Shown: positions 19,348-29,081 of the stretch, one piece after another | Layout: each line of letters begins with the position of its first letter | How positions within the stretch are numbered: position 1 is the stretch's first letter | Origin: a virus | Lineage: Duplodnaviria; Caudoviricetes | DNA length: 64,000 nucleotides | Direction: 5' to 3' (one strand) | Virus record (IMG/VR): IMGVR_UViG_3300011008_002712 | Notes under the pieces: model-generated | The model's database searches: none | What the model saw: the letters and a program-made list of their open reading frames with translations, nothing else | Told to the model about the DNA's origin: nothing | Made by a program: the position numbers and the translations under genes

Positions 19348-19881
19348 ATGAGAAGACTTTTTCCACGAAAATTTATTTTTTGTAAAAATTATCTATTAGA
19401 CAAAGAAACTTTAAAACAAATAATTGCAAGCTGTAAACAAATAACTGATTCTAATTTAATAGTAAATACAGATACTGAATTAAATGAAATTCAAACTCTT
19501 AATTCAAAATTGATAAAAGATTATTTAATCAATTATGCAAAAGAAGAAGGCGTTTTTGGCGGAATCTATTATGAAAAAAATTCAGCTGATGAAAAGGTAC
19601 ATTTATTTGTTGTTGAATTTTTTATTTTTAAAGATGTACCTACAACTAATGGCAAAATCACAGAGTATAGCGATTACATTGGAGCTGTTGCTACACCAAT
19701 TGACAAAAATGGTAAAACTGAAAATTATCATTACACTGGTGTATTTTCATCAAAAAATGCACCTAGTGATATGCCAACATATAGACAACATATTCAAATT
19801 GAAGGTCTTTGGCTAGAATATCTTGAATCTGTAAATTACACATCTGCTTATGAAGAAGCGCAAAATAAATTGTCCGTTTAA
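19348..19881 (+). CDS. hypothetical protein (opposite orientation)
   Basis: long AT-rich ORF with GAGGT SD. Confidence 0.6.
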   Translation: MRRLFPRKFIFCKNYLLDKETLKQIIASCKQITDSNLIVNTDTELNEIQTLNSKLIKDYLINYAKEEGVFGGIYYEKNSADEKVHLFVVEFFIFKDVPTTNGKITEYSDYIGAVATPIDKNGKTENYHYTGVFSSKNAPSDMPTYRQHIQIEGLWLEYLESVNYTSAYEEAQNKLSV

Positions 19882-20255
19882 AAGCTATATTCACGAATGG
19901 TGGCTGTGTAATCAATTAAAGTATTACCCATTGCCACTTTAACTTCATGTAAAATATCGTCTGGAGCAGTAACTTTAATTTCTGCTCCTTTTTCATTGAT
20001 ATCTGCAGTCATAGTCAATTTATCTCCGGTTTCCACAATGATTTTGGTAATATAATCACTGTTGTTAGGAATAGGCTTACGTTCAAACAACACGTGGCAC
20101 CCATACATTATATTTTCATTATACCAAACAGCAAAAAATCCCTCAATGTCTCTATTGCAAGTAAACACCTTGCATTTATCGTTCAAACGAAAGATTTTAT
20201 CGTTTGCATCGATAAAAAACTTCTTAATTTCTTCGCGGATTCCTTTAGACAACAT
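19878..20255 (-). CDS. hypothetical protein, tandem paralogue B
   Basis: near-identical to 20272..20649; GGAGGGG SD. Confidence 0.75.
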   Translation of the reverse strand: MLSKGIREEIKKFFIDANDKIFRLNDKCKVFTCNRDIEGFFAVWYNENIMYGCHVLFERKPIPNNSDYITKIIVETGDKLTMTADINEKGAEIKVTAPDDILHEVKVAMGNTLIDYTATIREYSF

Positions 20256-20271
20256 AATATTTCCCCTCCAT

Positions 20272-20649
20272 TTAAAATGAATAAGTATGAACATCTGCCA
20301 TATAATCGAGCAAATTGTCACTCATAACTACAACTACTTCGTGCAAATCTTCTTCTGGAGCAGTAACTTTTATTACCGCTCCATTTTCATTAATATCTGC
20401 AGTCATAGTTAGTTTATCTCCAACTTCCACAATAATTTTAGTGATATAATCACTCTTGTTAGGAATTGGTTTGCGTTCAAACAACACATGGCACCCATAC
20501 ATTATATGTTCATTATACCAAACAGCGAACAATCCTTCTATGCTTCTATCGCAAGTAAACACCTTGCATTTATCATTTAAACGGAAGATTTTATCATTAG
20601 CATCGATAAAAAACTTCTTAATTTCTTCGCGAATTTCCTGAGGTAGCAT
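20272..20649 (-). CDS. hypothetical protein, tandem paralogue A
   Basis: IREEIKKFFIDANDKIFRLNDKCKVFTC shared with neighbour. Confidence 0.75.
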   Translation of the reverse strand: MLPQEIREEIKKFFIDANDKIFRLNDKCKVFTCDRSIEGLFAVWYNEHIMYGCHVLFERKPIPNKSDYITKIIVEVGDKLTMTADINENGAVIKVTAPEEDLHEVVVVMSDNLLDYMADVHTYSF

Positions 20650-20746
20650 ATCACATCCTCCATACATCATTTTCTCTTTTTTTTATTATACCACCTTTTC
20701 ACAAAAAAGTAAATAGCTTTTTTCAAAAAAGCTAGAGCGTTTAACT

Positions 20747-21331
20747 CTAGCTTATAATGTATTTATCAAAATAACAAACTTTCATAAATGCAACAAAATC
20801 ATCCCATTGTATACGTGAATAGATATTTTTAAAAAAAAATTCATGAACATCATCGTATTTTTCATCTTGATTATCAAGAAAATCTGTAAATGTTTCTTTA
20901 TTGAATCTTTTATCAAAAAATTGTTTCACTATATCTCGAATATCAATGTTTTTACTAAAAATTTGTTCGTGTTGTTTGACATTATTTGATAAAAAATCTT
21001 CTATAGCTTCGTTAGAATATCCGAATAACTTTCCTAAAATATAATGTTTTTCATAAGTATTGGGATATGGCATGCATGATTTAAACATTTTCAATTGATG
21101 TGGATATCTATAAACAAAGATTCTTTTGACAACACCAAGAAAATCATCTGTATCTATTTCATCTTCATAATGCATAAGATTTTCTTCTTCTATTATCTTA
21201 CAAATTTCATCATATGTTCCTAATGTACATTCTAACCATGCACAATTTCTCACTCCTTTTTTAATCAAATAGACATGTTCTTTTACAGCGCGTATATCTT
21301 CATTATCTTTGATTGTTATTTTATTCTCCAC
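20747..21331 (-). CDS. hypothetical protein
   Basis: 194-aa ORF; ILGKLFGYS motif. Confidence 0.7.
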   Translation of the reverse strand: MENKITIKDNEDIRAVKEHVYLIKKGVRNCAWLECTLGTYDEICKIIEEENLMHYEDEIDTDDFLGVVKRIFVYRYPHQLKMFKSCMPYPNTYEKHYILGKLFGYSNEAIEDFLSNNVKQHEQIFSKNIDIRDIVKQFFDKRFNKETFTDFLDNQDEKYDDVHEFFFKNIYSRIQWDDFVAFMKVCYFDKYIIS

Positions 21332-21695
21332 TGTAGTTCCTCATTCTCCTGCTTAGATACCAAGATTTATGTTCTTCTTGCTTTTTCTTAGGAGTGTCCC
21401 ATGTTGTATGATCGTCCGTAGCATGATGAGGCAAACAAAATCCCAATCCACGACTGTATTTATAACAAGCATGTTTTTCTTGTTTGAAAAGCTTTTCAAA
21501 TTCGCTTCTGTGTTCTTTTGCTATGTTATCTTTAGTTATAATACCTTGAGATTCTATATTCCCGAATCCAATAATCTTCTGAAGATATCTTTTTGCATCT
21601 TTTTCGTTTTTTGCTTTAACTAGATATGCGCCTTTTGTATTATGTTGATCAAAAATCCAGCGGTGATAATCAACAATAAGCCAATAAACATTCAT
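21321..21695 (-). CDS. hypothetical protein
   Basis: 124-aa ORF. Confidence 0.65.
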   Translation of the reverse strand: MNVYWLIVDYHRWIFDQHNTKGAYLVKAKNEKDAKRYLQKIIGFGNIESQGIITKDNIAKEHRSEFEKLFKQEKHACYKYSRGLGFCLPHHATDDHTTWDTPKKKQEEHKSWYLSRRMRNYSGE

Positions 21696-21701
21696 TGAAT
21701 A

Positions 21702-22526
21702 TCATCTCTTTCGTATCAATGTTTTAACATAATTTTTTCCATACTTATCATTGACGTATTTTATATATTTTGAAACGTCTGTCAAAATGATAACATTATT
21801 TTCAATAAGAGCCCTAACTCTCGCTTTCTGGACATCATCTAGTGCCATAAAATATTTGCTTTTAATTTCTATCAACTGATCATTTACCTTAAAATCTACA
21901 GTTGTTGTATGAACCACACCATGATATGAGTAATTCAATTTAATCGGATTCCTTTCAATGGGAATGTTATTATCACGGTGCCAAATATAAAATGCAACTT
22001 CCCAAGAAGAATCAAATATCAAGTCATCTAATTCATACTGAATTTTGACAATCCTTAAAATGCCTTTTTTCTTTTTTGTTTTCAAGCTTTTTATCTGAAA
22101 ACACCTGGCATTAAATGCATATTCTTTCCCATATTTTTCAATATTATTACTTTTTACTTTTTCTTTAATGTCATCTTTTTGCCAGGGATTATTTTTTCCA
22201 AAATTTTTTATCCACGTGTTCTTTTTCTTTTCGATTTGTTCCTTGCCGTTCAAAGAACATTTATTTCCATATTTTTTAAGATTAGTAGAGAATGTTTTTT
22301 CTTTTACGCTTTGAGCTTGTGCTGGGTTTTTACATCCAAAACGTTCTATGTTAGTAAGTTCTGTATTGCATTTTTTGCATAAAAATTTCTTAATAGTTTC
22401 TATTCTGTTTTTTAAAAATAAACGTTCAACCAATTTATGACAACGTCTACATATAAATTGAATCTTCTGATATTTTTTTAATCCTTCTAAATCTTTTTCA
22501 TCAGAAACAAAAATGATTTTATTCAT
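21702..22526 (-). CDS. putative homing endonuclease-like protein (KYG repeats plus PD-(D/E)xK domain)
   Basis: repeated N.(E/K)(R/K)(F/Y)G..N motifs; FDSSWE...DFKV...IEIK. Confidence 0.65.
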   Translation of the reverse strand: MNKIIFVSDEKDLEGLKKYQKIQFICRRCHKLVERLFLKNRIETIKKFLCKKCNTELTNIERFGCKNPAQAQSVKEKTFSTNLKKYGNKCSLNGKEQIEKKKNTWIKNFGKNNPWQKDDIKEKVKSNNIEKYGKEYAFNARCFQIKSLKTKKKKGILRIVKIQYELDDLIFDSSWEVAFYIWHRDNNIPIERNPIKLNYSYHGVVHTTTVDFKVNDQLIEIKSKYFMALDDVQKARVRALIENNVIILTDVSKYIKYVNDKYGKNYVKTLIRKR

Positions 22527-22584
22527 AAACGTCCCGCAATCTTAAACACGCGAAGGGAGACATTGTCTCCCTTCTAATTTTAAC

Positions 22585-23796
22585 TCAATGATTCATTCGC
22601 CAATCAATGCAACGTTTCAGATAATTGACATATTCTTCGTTTTTACACATTCCTTTTCCAACAGTATCAGAGATTTTAGCTACATCTTGCCCATTGCACT
22701 TTGTTACTTTCATGACAATATTGAGAGCTGGAACATCTGTGTCATTACTAAGATACGTTCCAATTCCAAATGCAACATTTGTGCGTGCGTTGAAATGTTT
22801 ATTGATTGCATTCGCTCTTTCAAAATCTAAACTGTCGCTGAAAAGAAGAGTCTTTGCATTCGGATTAATTCCAAGTTTATTATAATGCTGAATAATTTTT
22901 TCTCCCCATTCAATTGGATCCCCAGAATCATGTCTTACGCCAGAAAACAAAGTAGCAAATGTCAAATCAAAATCTCTCAAAAAACAATCGGTAGTAATAG
23001 TGTCAGTCAATGCAATACCATTCAATACTCCATATTCTTTTACCCAAGACCTCAATGCATAATAGTTACTGTATGCCGGGTTGTGCTTGTGGTTTCCTTG
23101 ACCAACACACATGAGATATTCATGCGCCATTGTTCCAACTGGAGTAACATTGTATTTTTTTGCCAAAAATATATTGCTCGTACCAACAAAATAACTCCCC
23201 GTATCTGAGCACTTATTGATTTTTGCCAATTCTTTTACTGCCAATTCTTGAGCTTCAGAAGACAATCTTCTCCGCAGTCCAAATTCAGAAAAATTAGAAA
23301 TACAATATTTGCCAGACATAAGATTATTGATTTTTTCTTTTAATCTTGCTTGAAAAGACTTGAAAAGATCATTATAATCATATTGCATTCTAAAATATGT
23401 TTCATTGACAATGGCAAGAATTGGTATTTCATACATGGATGTATTTAACCAAGTTCCTTTTGCTTCTATGGACAACCCACATGGAGAATCTGTAGTAACC
23501 TCGATGTCTTCATATCTTGGTTTCCAAAGTCTAAGAAAATCAATATATGATCCTTTCAGCCATTTGATGTCGTCAAGATATCTAAGCTCATCTTCTGTAA
23601 ATCTCAAACCGCAATAATGTTTGATTTGCTCTTTTATTTCTTCTACCATTTCTTGAGTAAAATGAACATCCTTGTTTCTACACTTGAATGTCCAAGTTGT
23701 CTTATATGATGGAAACAAGTGATATATAGCCTGTCCCATACTCATTTTATAAAGATCATTCTCAAGCAGTGAAGTAATAATGGCATTCAATTTCAT
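22585..23796 (-). CDS. pncB: nicotinate phosphoribosyltransferase
   Basis: SLLENDLYKMSM, SEFGLRRRLS, GTSN, GTMAHE, GVRHDSGDP, FSDSL, FGIGT, AKISDTVGK. Confidence 0.95.
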   Translation of the reverse strand: MKLNAIITSLLENDLYKMSMGQAIYHLFPSYKTTWTFKCRNKDVHFTQEMVEEIKEQIKHYCGLRFTEDELRYLDDIKWLKGSYIDFLRLWKPRYEDIEVTTDSPCGLSIEAKGTWLNTSMYEIPILAIVNETYFRMQYDYNDLFKSFQARLKEKINNLMSGKYCISNFSEFGLRRRLSSEAQELAVKELAKINKCSDTGSYFVGTSNIFLAKKYNVTPVGTMAHEYLMCVGQGNHKHNPAYSNYYALRSWVKEYGVLNGIALTDTITTDCFLRDFDLTFATLFSGVRHDSGDPIEWGEKIIQHYNKLGINPNAKTLLFSDSLDFERANAINKHFNARTNVAFGIGTYLSNDTDVPALNIVMKVTKCNGQDVAKISDTVGKGMCKNEEYVNYLKRCIDWRMNH

Positions 23797-24041
23797 TTGG
23801 CACACTCCTTTTTAATTTACCAATTTTCTATATTTTATCACATTCAACTGAAAAAGTAAATAGCCGGAGATTTATTCCGGCTAAAATTTACTTTAAGATA
23901 ACAGCTTTTTTCTTATTTCCGTTATAGAATTCACACAAATGCTTTTGAAACTGATGACGTTCATTATTGATAATTGTAAATCCTCTGCACTTTCTGTTTT
24001 TGTTGCAAGAACACTTAAGACAAATTTTAAGTTGTTCTTCT

Positions 24042-24347
24042 TTATTCACACTTTATCACCCCATTTTTAAGAAGAGATTTGATCATCCAATCATATCCGC
24101 TGAATCCACGAGAACCTCTTATAAGAGCATTTTTTTCTTTGGCTGATTTGACTAACCTTACATCCACAACTGCAGTCCAGCCGTCATTCCAACGATACTC
24201 ATGATATTTTCCTATTATATCTGGAAGTTTCTCGAAATCTTTTTTGTAGAAGCTTTTTGCTACTACATATTTGAAATCTTCGCCAGACCATTTGTTATTC
24301 CATGATCCTTTGCTTGGCATGTGAAGAGTGAAGATTAAGTGGTAAAT
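24042..24347 (-). CDS. conserved phage hypothetical protein (possible ATT start)
   Basis: MPSKGSWNNKWSG...GFSGYDWMI; AAGGAGG SD spaced for ATT at 24347 rather than ATG at 24320. Confidence 0.6.
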   Translation of the reverse strand: MYHLIFTLHMPSKGSWNNKWSGEDFKYVVAKSFYKKDFEKLPDIIGKYHEYRWNDGWTAVVDVRLVKSAKEKNALIRGSRGFSGYDWMIKSLLKNGVIKCE

Positions 24348-24435
24348 AAAATCGCCTCCTTTGTGATCTTCTTTTATTTTTATGAAATCTCGTTAGAGAA
24401 AATCACCTCCTTTCTCATCTGTACTTTGATTTGTC

Positions 24436-24915
24436 TCACATTGTCGCCTTGGTAATATCATTGAGAAGCTCGTCGAGTGCATTAAACTCTATCTGTATTT
24501 CCGTATAACCATTTGCATGGCCAGTCTCATATGCTCTGTCATAAAGAATATCAAAGACTTTGTCTTTGTTCTTTCCATTATAGGTGAAGTTGCTCTTCAG
24601 AATCTTCTTGAACACCTCGGTAATCTTATACTGCGCATTATCATACTCATCACTCAACTTGTGGTTTGCTTTCTTTACCGCATCCTTTGCATATTCCACA
24701 TATGCATCATAGTCACTGCGGGTTAGAGGAAGCTCGTCGATCTGTTTAATGATCTGCTTCACATCAATCTTCTGATAGGGAAGCTTGATCGACAGCTGGG
24801 CGAGATCATTGACTGTTATGCTGTCATTAAGTGCTCTATTAACCTGTGCCATCGCAACACCGCTGAGAGAATCAAAAGCACTTGCAACAATCTTGTCAAT
24901 TTTCGCAATTTTCAT
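24436..24915 (-). CDS. hypothetical protein
   Basis: GC-richer ORF behind a cassette promoter, GGAGG SD. Confidence 0.75.
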   Translation of the reverse strand: MKIAKIDKIVASAFDSLSGVAMAQVNRALNDSITVNDLAQLSIKLPYQKIDVKQIIKQIDELPLTRSDYDAYVEYAKDAVKKANHKLSDEYDNAQYKITEVFKKILKSNFTYNGKNKDKVFDILYDRAYETGHANGYTEIQIEFNALDELLNDITKATM

Positions 24916-24951
24916 TTTTATTCCTCCATTCACTCTTTACACTCTTTTTCC

Positions 24952-25004
24952 TTACCTCTTGATTATATTATACCATGTTGTTCAGTATTTGTAAATAGTT
25001 TTTT
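24952..25004 (-). promoter_or_regulatory. repeated promoter cassette
   Basis: CTATTTACA...ATGGTATAATATAATCAAGAGGTAAGGAA. Confidence 0.85.
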
Positions 25005-25053
25005 CAATTTTTTAGAAGTTTTGTGTTTATCACCTCCTCTCTGTTGTTTCCTT

Positions 25054-25374
25054 TTAAATCTTTATGATGATAGTGTTGTTGATAATGTCAATCATCTGCT
25101 CGTTTTCCTTGTTTGCATAAATCTTGTGGCCGTCGATATCGATTCTCTCGATCGCATATGCATCATTCAAGGACCAAAGTTTTTTCACCGTCGCTTCAGC
25201 ATTGTGTGTATCAAACTCAAGTGAAATGTTCTTGGCGAATGTTTTCTCAACAATCATCCCGTCTTCCATGACAAGAGATTTCACGATATCATTTGCCTGG
25301 AATTCCGAAACATCGGCATTCTCAATAACCTCAACGCGACCAGACTCGAAAATTACCTTAACGTTATATTCCAT
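25054..25374 (-). CDS. hypothetical protein, paralogue of 34613..34942
   Basis: MEYNVKVIFESGR... shared with the second copy. Confidence 0.8.
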   Translation of the reverse strand: MEYNVKVIFESGRVEVIENADVSEFQANDIVKSLVMEDGMIVEKTFAKNISLEFDTHNAEATVKKLWSLNDAYAIERIDIDGHKIYANKENEQMIDIINNTIIIKI

Positions 25375-25401
25375 TTTTTATTCCTCCATTCTTTTATTTC
25401 C

Positions 25402-25455
25402 TTACCTCTTGAATCTATTATACCATGTTATTCAGAGTTTGTAAATAGTTTTTTT
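25402..25455 (-). promoter_or_regulatory. repeated promoter cassette
   Basis: CTATTTACA...ATGGTATAATAGATTCAAGAGGTAAGGAA. Confidence 0.85.
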
Positions 25456-25670
25456 CAGTTTTTATACCCTTTTTCTCTCAATTTCTCTCCGATATATTTC
25501 CGCACTATCTTGGACGGAGTATTCTCAAAGTAGTAGCTCGTACCCTTATAGATTACCACCGCAAGGTCATTCTTTTCGTACTCTTTGCGGATAATATACT
25601 GCATCCTGTCGTTTCCCTCAGCAAGTGCTACAAGTTCTTCTCCGCTCAAGTATTCATATTCATTTGACAT
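25455..25670 (-). CDS. hypothetical protein
   Basis: shares the TGAATGGAGGAATAAAAATG leader with the 24436 gene. Confidence 0.7.
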   Translation of the reverse strand: MSNEYEYLSGEELVALAEGNDRMQYIIRKEYEKNDLAVVIYKGTSYYFENTPSKIVRKYIGEKLREKGYKN

Positions 25671-25706
25671 TTTTATTCCTCCATTCATTTACACTTTTAT
25701 TAAACA

Positions 25707-26006
25707 TCAAATGCACCCACCGCAGCAACCGTATTCTACATTGTCGTTGAATACCTCAGAGATTTCGCTGGCATACTGCTTCAATTCATCTGGCAGATCG
25801 TTTACATCAATTTCCCATTTTCCTTCAGTTACATACGATTCAGACTGATCTTCATCAAAACCGCATCCACCGCCTGTACTCCAAAATTTAATATTCGGTT
25901 TGTTGGTGCCGAAGAAATAGCTCTTGCCGTTAATTTTCAAATGTAAAGTGCCATGGCAGAGACAGGGAAATTTGCCATCATAGCTTACGAATTCTACATG
26001 TTTCAA
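25707..26006 (-). CDS. conserved phage protein ending GCCGGCI
   Basis: YDGKFPCLCHG ... GCCGGC motif. Confidence 0.7.
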   Translation of the reverse strand: MKHVEFVSYDGKFPCLCHGTLHLKINGKSYFFGTNKPNIKFWSTGGGCGFDEDQSESYVTEGKWEIDVNDLPDELKQYASEISEVFNDNVEYGCCGGCI

Positions 26007-26035
26007 TATATATCATCCTTTCTTTTCTCTCTTCC

Positions 26036-26088
26036 TTACTTCTTGAATCTATTATACCATGTTATTCAAGGTTTGTAAATAGTTTTTT
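26036..26088 (-). promoter_or_regulatory. repeated promoter cassette
   Basis: CTATTTACA...ATGGTATAATAGATTCAAGAAGTAAGGAA. Confidence 0.85.
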
Positions 26089-26294
26089 AACAAAAAAGCG
26101 GAGATTTTTCTCCGCTTTTATCACTTCTCATTTTTCGGTTTTTTATGGAATACTCTTGAGTCGTAATTCATATCTTCCAGTTTTGTATTGCTTTTTACAA
26201 TTTTTTCGTATGCTTTTTTCTTTGCCTCCTCATAAGAATTTGCGTTTACTTCAACCATTTTGAAAAAAATTGCTTCTACTTCCCACCTCATTTT

Positions 26295-26618
26295 CTAATC
26301 ACGCCTTTTTGTTATTTTTAACTGTCCGCGTATAGAAATATCACCTCTGTTGATAGAATTGACAAAATCTTCGATATAATAATGTCTTACACCAAAAGAA
26401 GAAAACATAGACCAAATTGATATTTTATAATTTTTGAATGGATCGTATTGAGATGTATCTATCTTACATGGAACTTCAATCTGCTCTTCACTTTCGTCTG
26501 TCCACGAAAAAAATCCTGGAATGTTATGAAGCTTACGCATAGAAGCATTGAATACAATATTTTCAACTCCTTCTTCTTTGATGATTTGAAGAAGCCTTTC
26601 TGATGTCATCCAATTCAT
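26295..26618 (-). CDS. hypothetical protein
   Basis: ORF with GAGGAG SD. Confidence 0.65.
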   Translation of the reverse strand: MNWMTSERLLQIIKEEGVENIVFNASMRKLHNIPGFFSWTDESEEQIEVPCKIDTSQYDPFKNYKISIWSMFSSFGVRHYYIEDFVNSINRGDISIRGQLKITKRRD

Positions 26619-26632
26619 AAACACCTACTCCT

Positions 26633-26794
26633 CTAGAATTTTTCCGGATCGTCTGTGACTCCAGCGATTTTAAATTTGCAGTCTGGACACCTTCCTCCAA
26701 TCTCTACCAAAATTTCATCAAGTTCTTCTCCACAATTTTCACAAATATACATATTGGAATCACTGTCATATAATGCTAAGCAATTCATATTCAT
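26633..26794 (-). CDS. small zinc-ribbon protein
   Basis: 53 aa with CENC and CPDC; AAAGGG SD and promoter upstream; not in the ORF track. Confidence 0.5.
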   Translation of the reverse strand: MNMNCLALYDSDSNMYICENCGEELDEILVEIGGRCPDCKFKIAGVTDDPEKF

Positions 26795-26870
26795 TCCCTT
26801 TCTGTATTTATGTTAGATTATATCATATTGCTATATACTTGTAAATAGATAAATAAAAATTTGCAAATGT

Positions 26871-27689
26871 TTATCCTTTTACTTTTACATCAATTTTTGC
26901 TAAAGATAATTGAATCTGTTTTGTGTTGACATTTTTCTCAAAAACTTCTCTGTATTTGTTCAAAAAGTCATTCAACTCTTTTTCATTATTGCAACGTTTT
27001 GAGTCAATGCGTTCATTTCCTTTTATAATGAAATAAATGTTAGTCGTAAAATCATATGCTACGACATATTCATCATCTTTCATTTGAATCCAATTTGTGG
27101 CGACTAGTTTTCTACTAGAATTGTCGTATAACATATTTTGGACCGGAATCCTGACAAGCTTAATTTGTTTTGAAACTACTGGTTGAAAAAACTTGACTGC
27201 CCACATGAAGCCATTCATTCTAACCATGTAATTGCGTTCATTGTTGTCGATAACAGAAATTTCCAGCTTGTTGAAATCGACGTTACCGTCAAGCAAATTG
27301 GACGTATTTGCTTTGAAAGCATGCGTAAGAATCTTTTTAAATCCGTTGCATGGAATTTCATCCCACTTTAATTCTTCTATCTTGTCAACTTCATATTCAC
27401 AGTCGGCAATCTCAACTGATTTATCATTCTCAATCCTATATCCGATTAAACGGTTTCTTTCAAAAGCAACAACCACAGAACCATTTTCAACAGCAATCAA
27501 TCTTTCTATTCTATTTTTATCTGAAACGCGATTATGAATGTTGAAATCACTTTCCATTATTCTTGAAAATGCATTGCCGAACTTCCTGTTCAAACGAATA
27601 AATTTGAATGATTGATTCTCATTCGTAAGCAAAAACATCGACTTCTCACCATGAAACAACGGGTTTGTTTTAATTCTTTTCAAGATCAT
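26871..27689 (-). CDS. hypothetical protein
   Basis: 272-aa ORF behind a cassette promoter. Confidence 0.75.
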   Translation of the reverse strand: MILKRIKTNPLFHGEKSMFLLTNENQSFKFIRLNRKFGNAFSRIMESDFNIHNRVSDKNRIERLIAVENGSVVVAFERNRLIGYRIENDKSVEIADCEYEVDKIEELKWDEIPCNGFKKILTHAFKANTSNLLDGNVDFNKLEISVIDNNERNYMVRMNGFMWAVKFFQPVVSKQIKLVRIPVQNMLYDNSSRKLVATNWIQMKDDEYVVAYDFTTNIYFIIKGNERIDSKRCNNEKELNDFLNKYREVFEKNVNTKQIQLSLAKIDVKVKG

Positions 27690-27717
27690 GTTTATTCCAT
27701 CCTTTCGCTCTTTTTCC

Positions 27718-27770
27718 TTACCTCTTGAGTCTATTATACCATGTTATTCAACATTTGTAAATAGTTTTTT
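27718..27770 (-). promoter_or_regulatory. repeated promoter cassette
   Basis: CTATTTACA...ATGGTATAATAGACTCAAGAGGTAAGGAA. Confidence 0.85.
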
Positions 27771-27806
27771 CAATTTTTTCGATAAGTTCGAACATTTCGT
27801 AAAAGA

Positions 27807-28994
27807 TTATCCTTTTAATTCCACCAAAGCGTAAATTGTTGCTTGTGCTAGATCATATACAATAAATTCATCGTTTCTCAAATCAGCTCCTTTATGTGCG
27901 TATACACTGTCATAATTTCCTTTTTTCTTAAGCATCTTTTTCCCAAAAGTATAGCACTCAGGAGTATGCTTATAAACATTGTGATATTTTCCAGTATTGA
28001 CTTTAAAAATTGCCATGTATACCGTTTTTGCATTTCCCTTAGTCCAATATCCAGCGCTTGTATATCCAAAACTTTTCCTAGCTTTATTTGCAAAGTATAA
28101 AGATACTTCTTTCGGATCATTGAACATCGCGCCAGTTACTATCGCACCGGAAGGACGATACATCAATCCATTCTGAAGTATGCTCATCCAATTTTCATTT
28201 CGAGAGCCATGCCAGAATAATTTTTCATCCTTATGAATTCCAGTTTGATTTGCAATATGCTCATCATAACGTTTTTGAGTAAAATCATTATTAACATACC
28301 AGCAATTGACATATTTGTCGGAAATTTCTCCAAGCATGTCTTTTACTTTTTCTTCAAGAACATTGTCTTTATTCTTTATTGTCAGGCCAAGAGACTCAAG
28401 AATAGTCTGATTATTTTTTACAGCAATTGCTTTTGTCGCATTTGTATTTACTTTTGCTGCCATGACATCAAGCAAATCTATTTCTTTAGACATAATTTTG
28501 GCAAAATCTTTTGTGCTTTTGGCAAGATAATCTTGCACTTTTTTCATCTTGCGCGGGATTGTAGCAAAAAGCTCCAGAAGAGAAGCATTAAAACTTTCGA
28601 CATCTTTCTTCTTAGAAAGCTCATCCAAGATCGATTGTGCTTCATCAATCATTGTTTGAGTGACTTGTTTGTCAGTGATCTTATAATTGCTTTCAATTGT
28701 TTTGTTCGCAAAATCTTGAAGTTTCCTGATAAGATTAGCAATCACTCTGTCGCTGATCGGTGCATAGTCGCCGGATTCTTCTGCAACTTCTACAATAAGA
28801 TCAGATTTGTCGATATATCCTTTTTTAATTTTTGAGTTATAAATTTTATCCCACTGAGACATTGGCTTGGAAAGGACGGTCTTTGTAGCATCAATACGTC
28901 CATATTCAATAGTAAAAGTATCTCCATTCGGGATCATGTTATAATACTTATTGTTGTTTTTGTCTGTAACCATGACCAAATGAACGGGCTTCAT
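27807..28994 (-). CDS. poly(ADP-ribose) polymerase-like protein (WGR + regulatory + catalytic domains)
   Basis: NNNKYY..EYGRI..KIKKGY (WGR-like), LFATIPRK, FWHGSRNENW.SILQNGL, GAMF..LYFANKARKSFGY, LRNDEFIVY (H-Y-E triad). Confidence 0.9.
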   Translation of the reverse strand: MKPVHLVMVTDKNNNKYYNMIPNGDTFTIEYGRIDATKTVLSKPMSQWDKIYNSKIKKGYIDKSDLIVEVAEESGDYAPISDRVIANLIRKLQDFANKTIESNYKITDKQVTQTMIDEAQSILDELSKKKDVESFNASLLELFATIPRKMKKVQDYLAKSTKDFAKIMSKEIDLLDVMAAKVNTNATKAIAVKNNQTILESLGLTIKNKDNVLEEKVKDMLGEISDKYVNCWYVNNDFTQKRYDEHIANQTGIHKDEKLFWHGSRNENWMSILQNGLMYRPSGAIVTGAMFNDPKEVSLYFANKARKSFGYTSAGYWTKGNAKTVYMAIFKVNTGKYHNVYKHTPECYTFGKKMLKKKGNYDSVYAHKGADLRNDEFIVYDLAQATIYALVELKG

Positions 28995-29021
28995 GTTACA
29001 TCATCCTTTCACTCTTTTTCC

Positions 29022-29073
29022 TTACCTCTTAAATCTATTATACCATGTTGTTCAGCATTTGTAAATAGTTTTT
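29022..29073 (-). promoter_or_regulatory. repeated promoter cassette driving the PARP gene
   Basis: CTATTTACAAATGCTGAACAACATGGTATAATAGATTTAAGAGGTAAGGAA. Confidence 0.85.
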
Positions 29074-29081
29074 GAAACAAA

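Noticed and set aside
22585-23796. Nampt (NadV) of NARP2
   Set aside because: Motifs and length match PncB-type nicotinate phosphoribosyltransferase better
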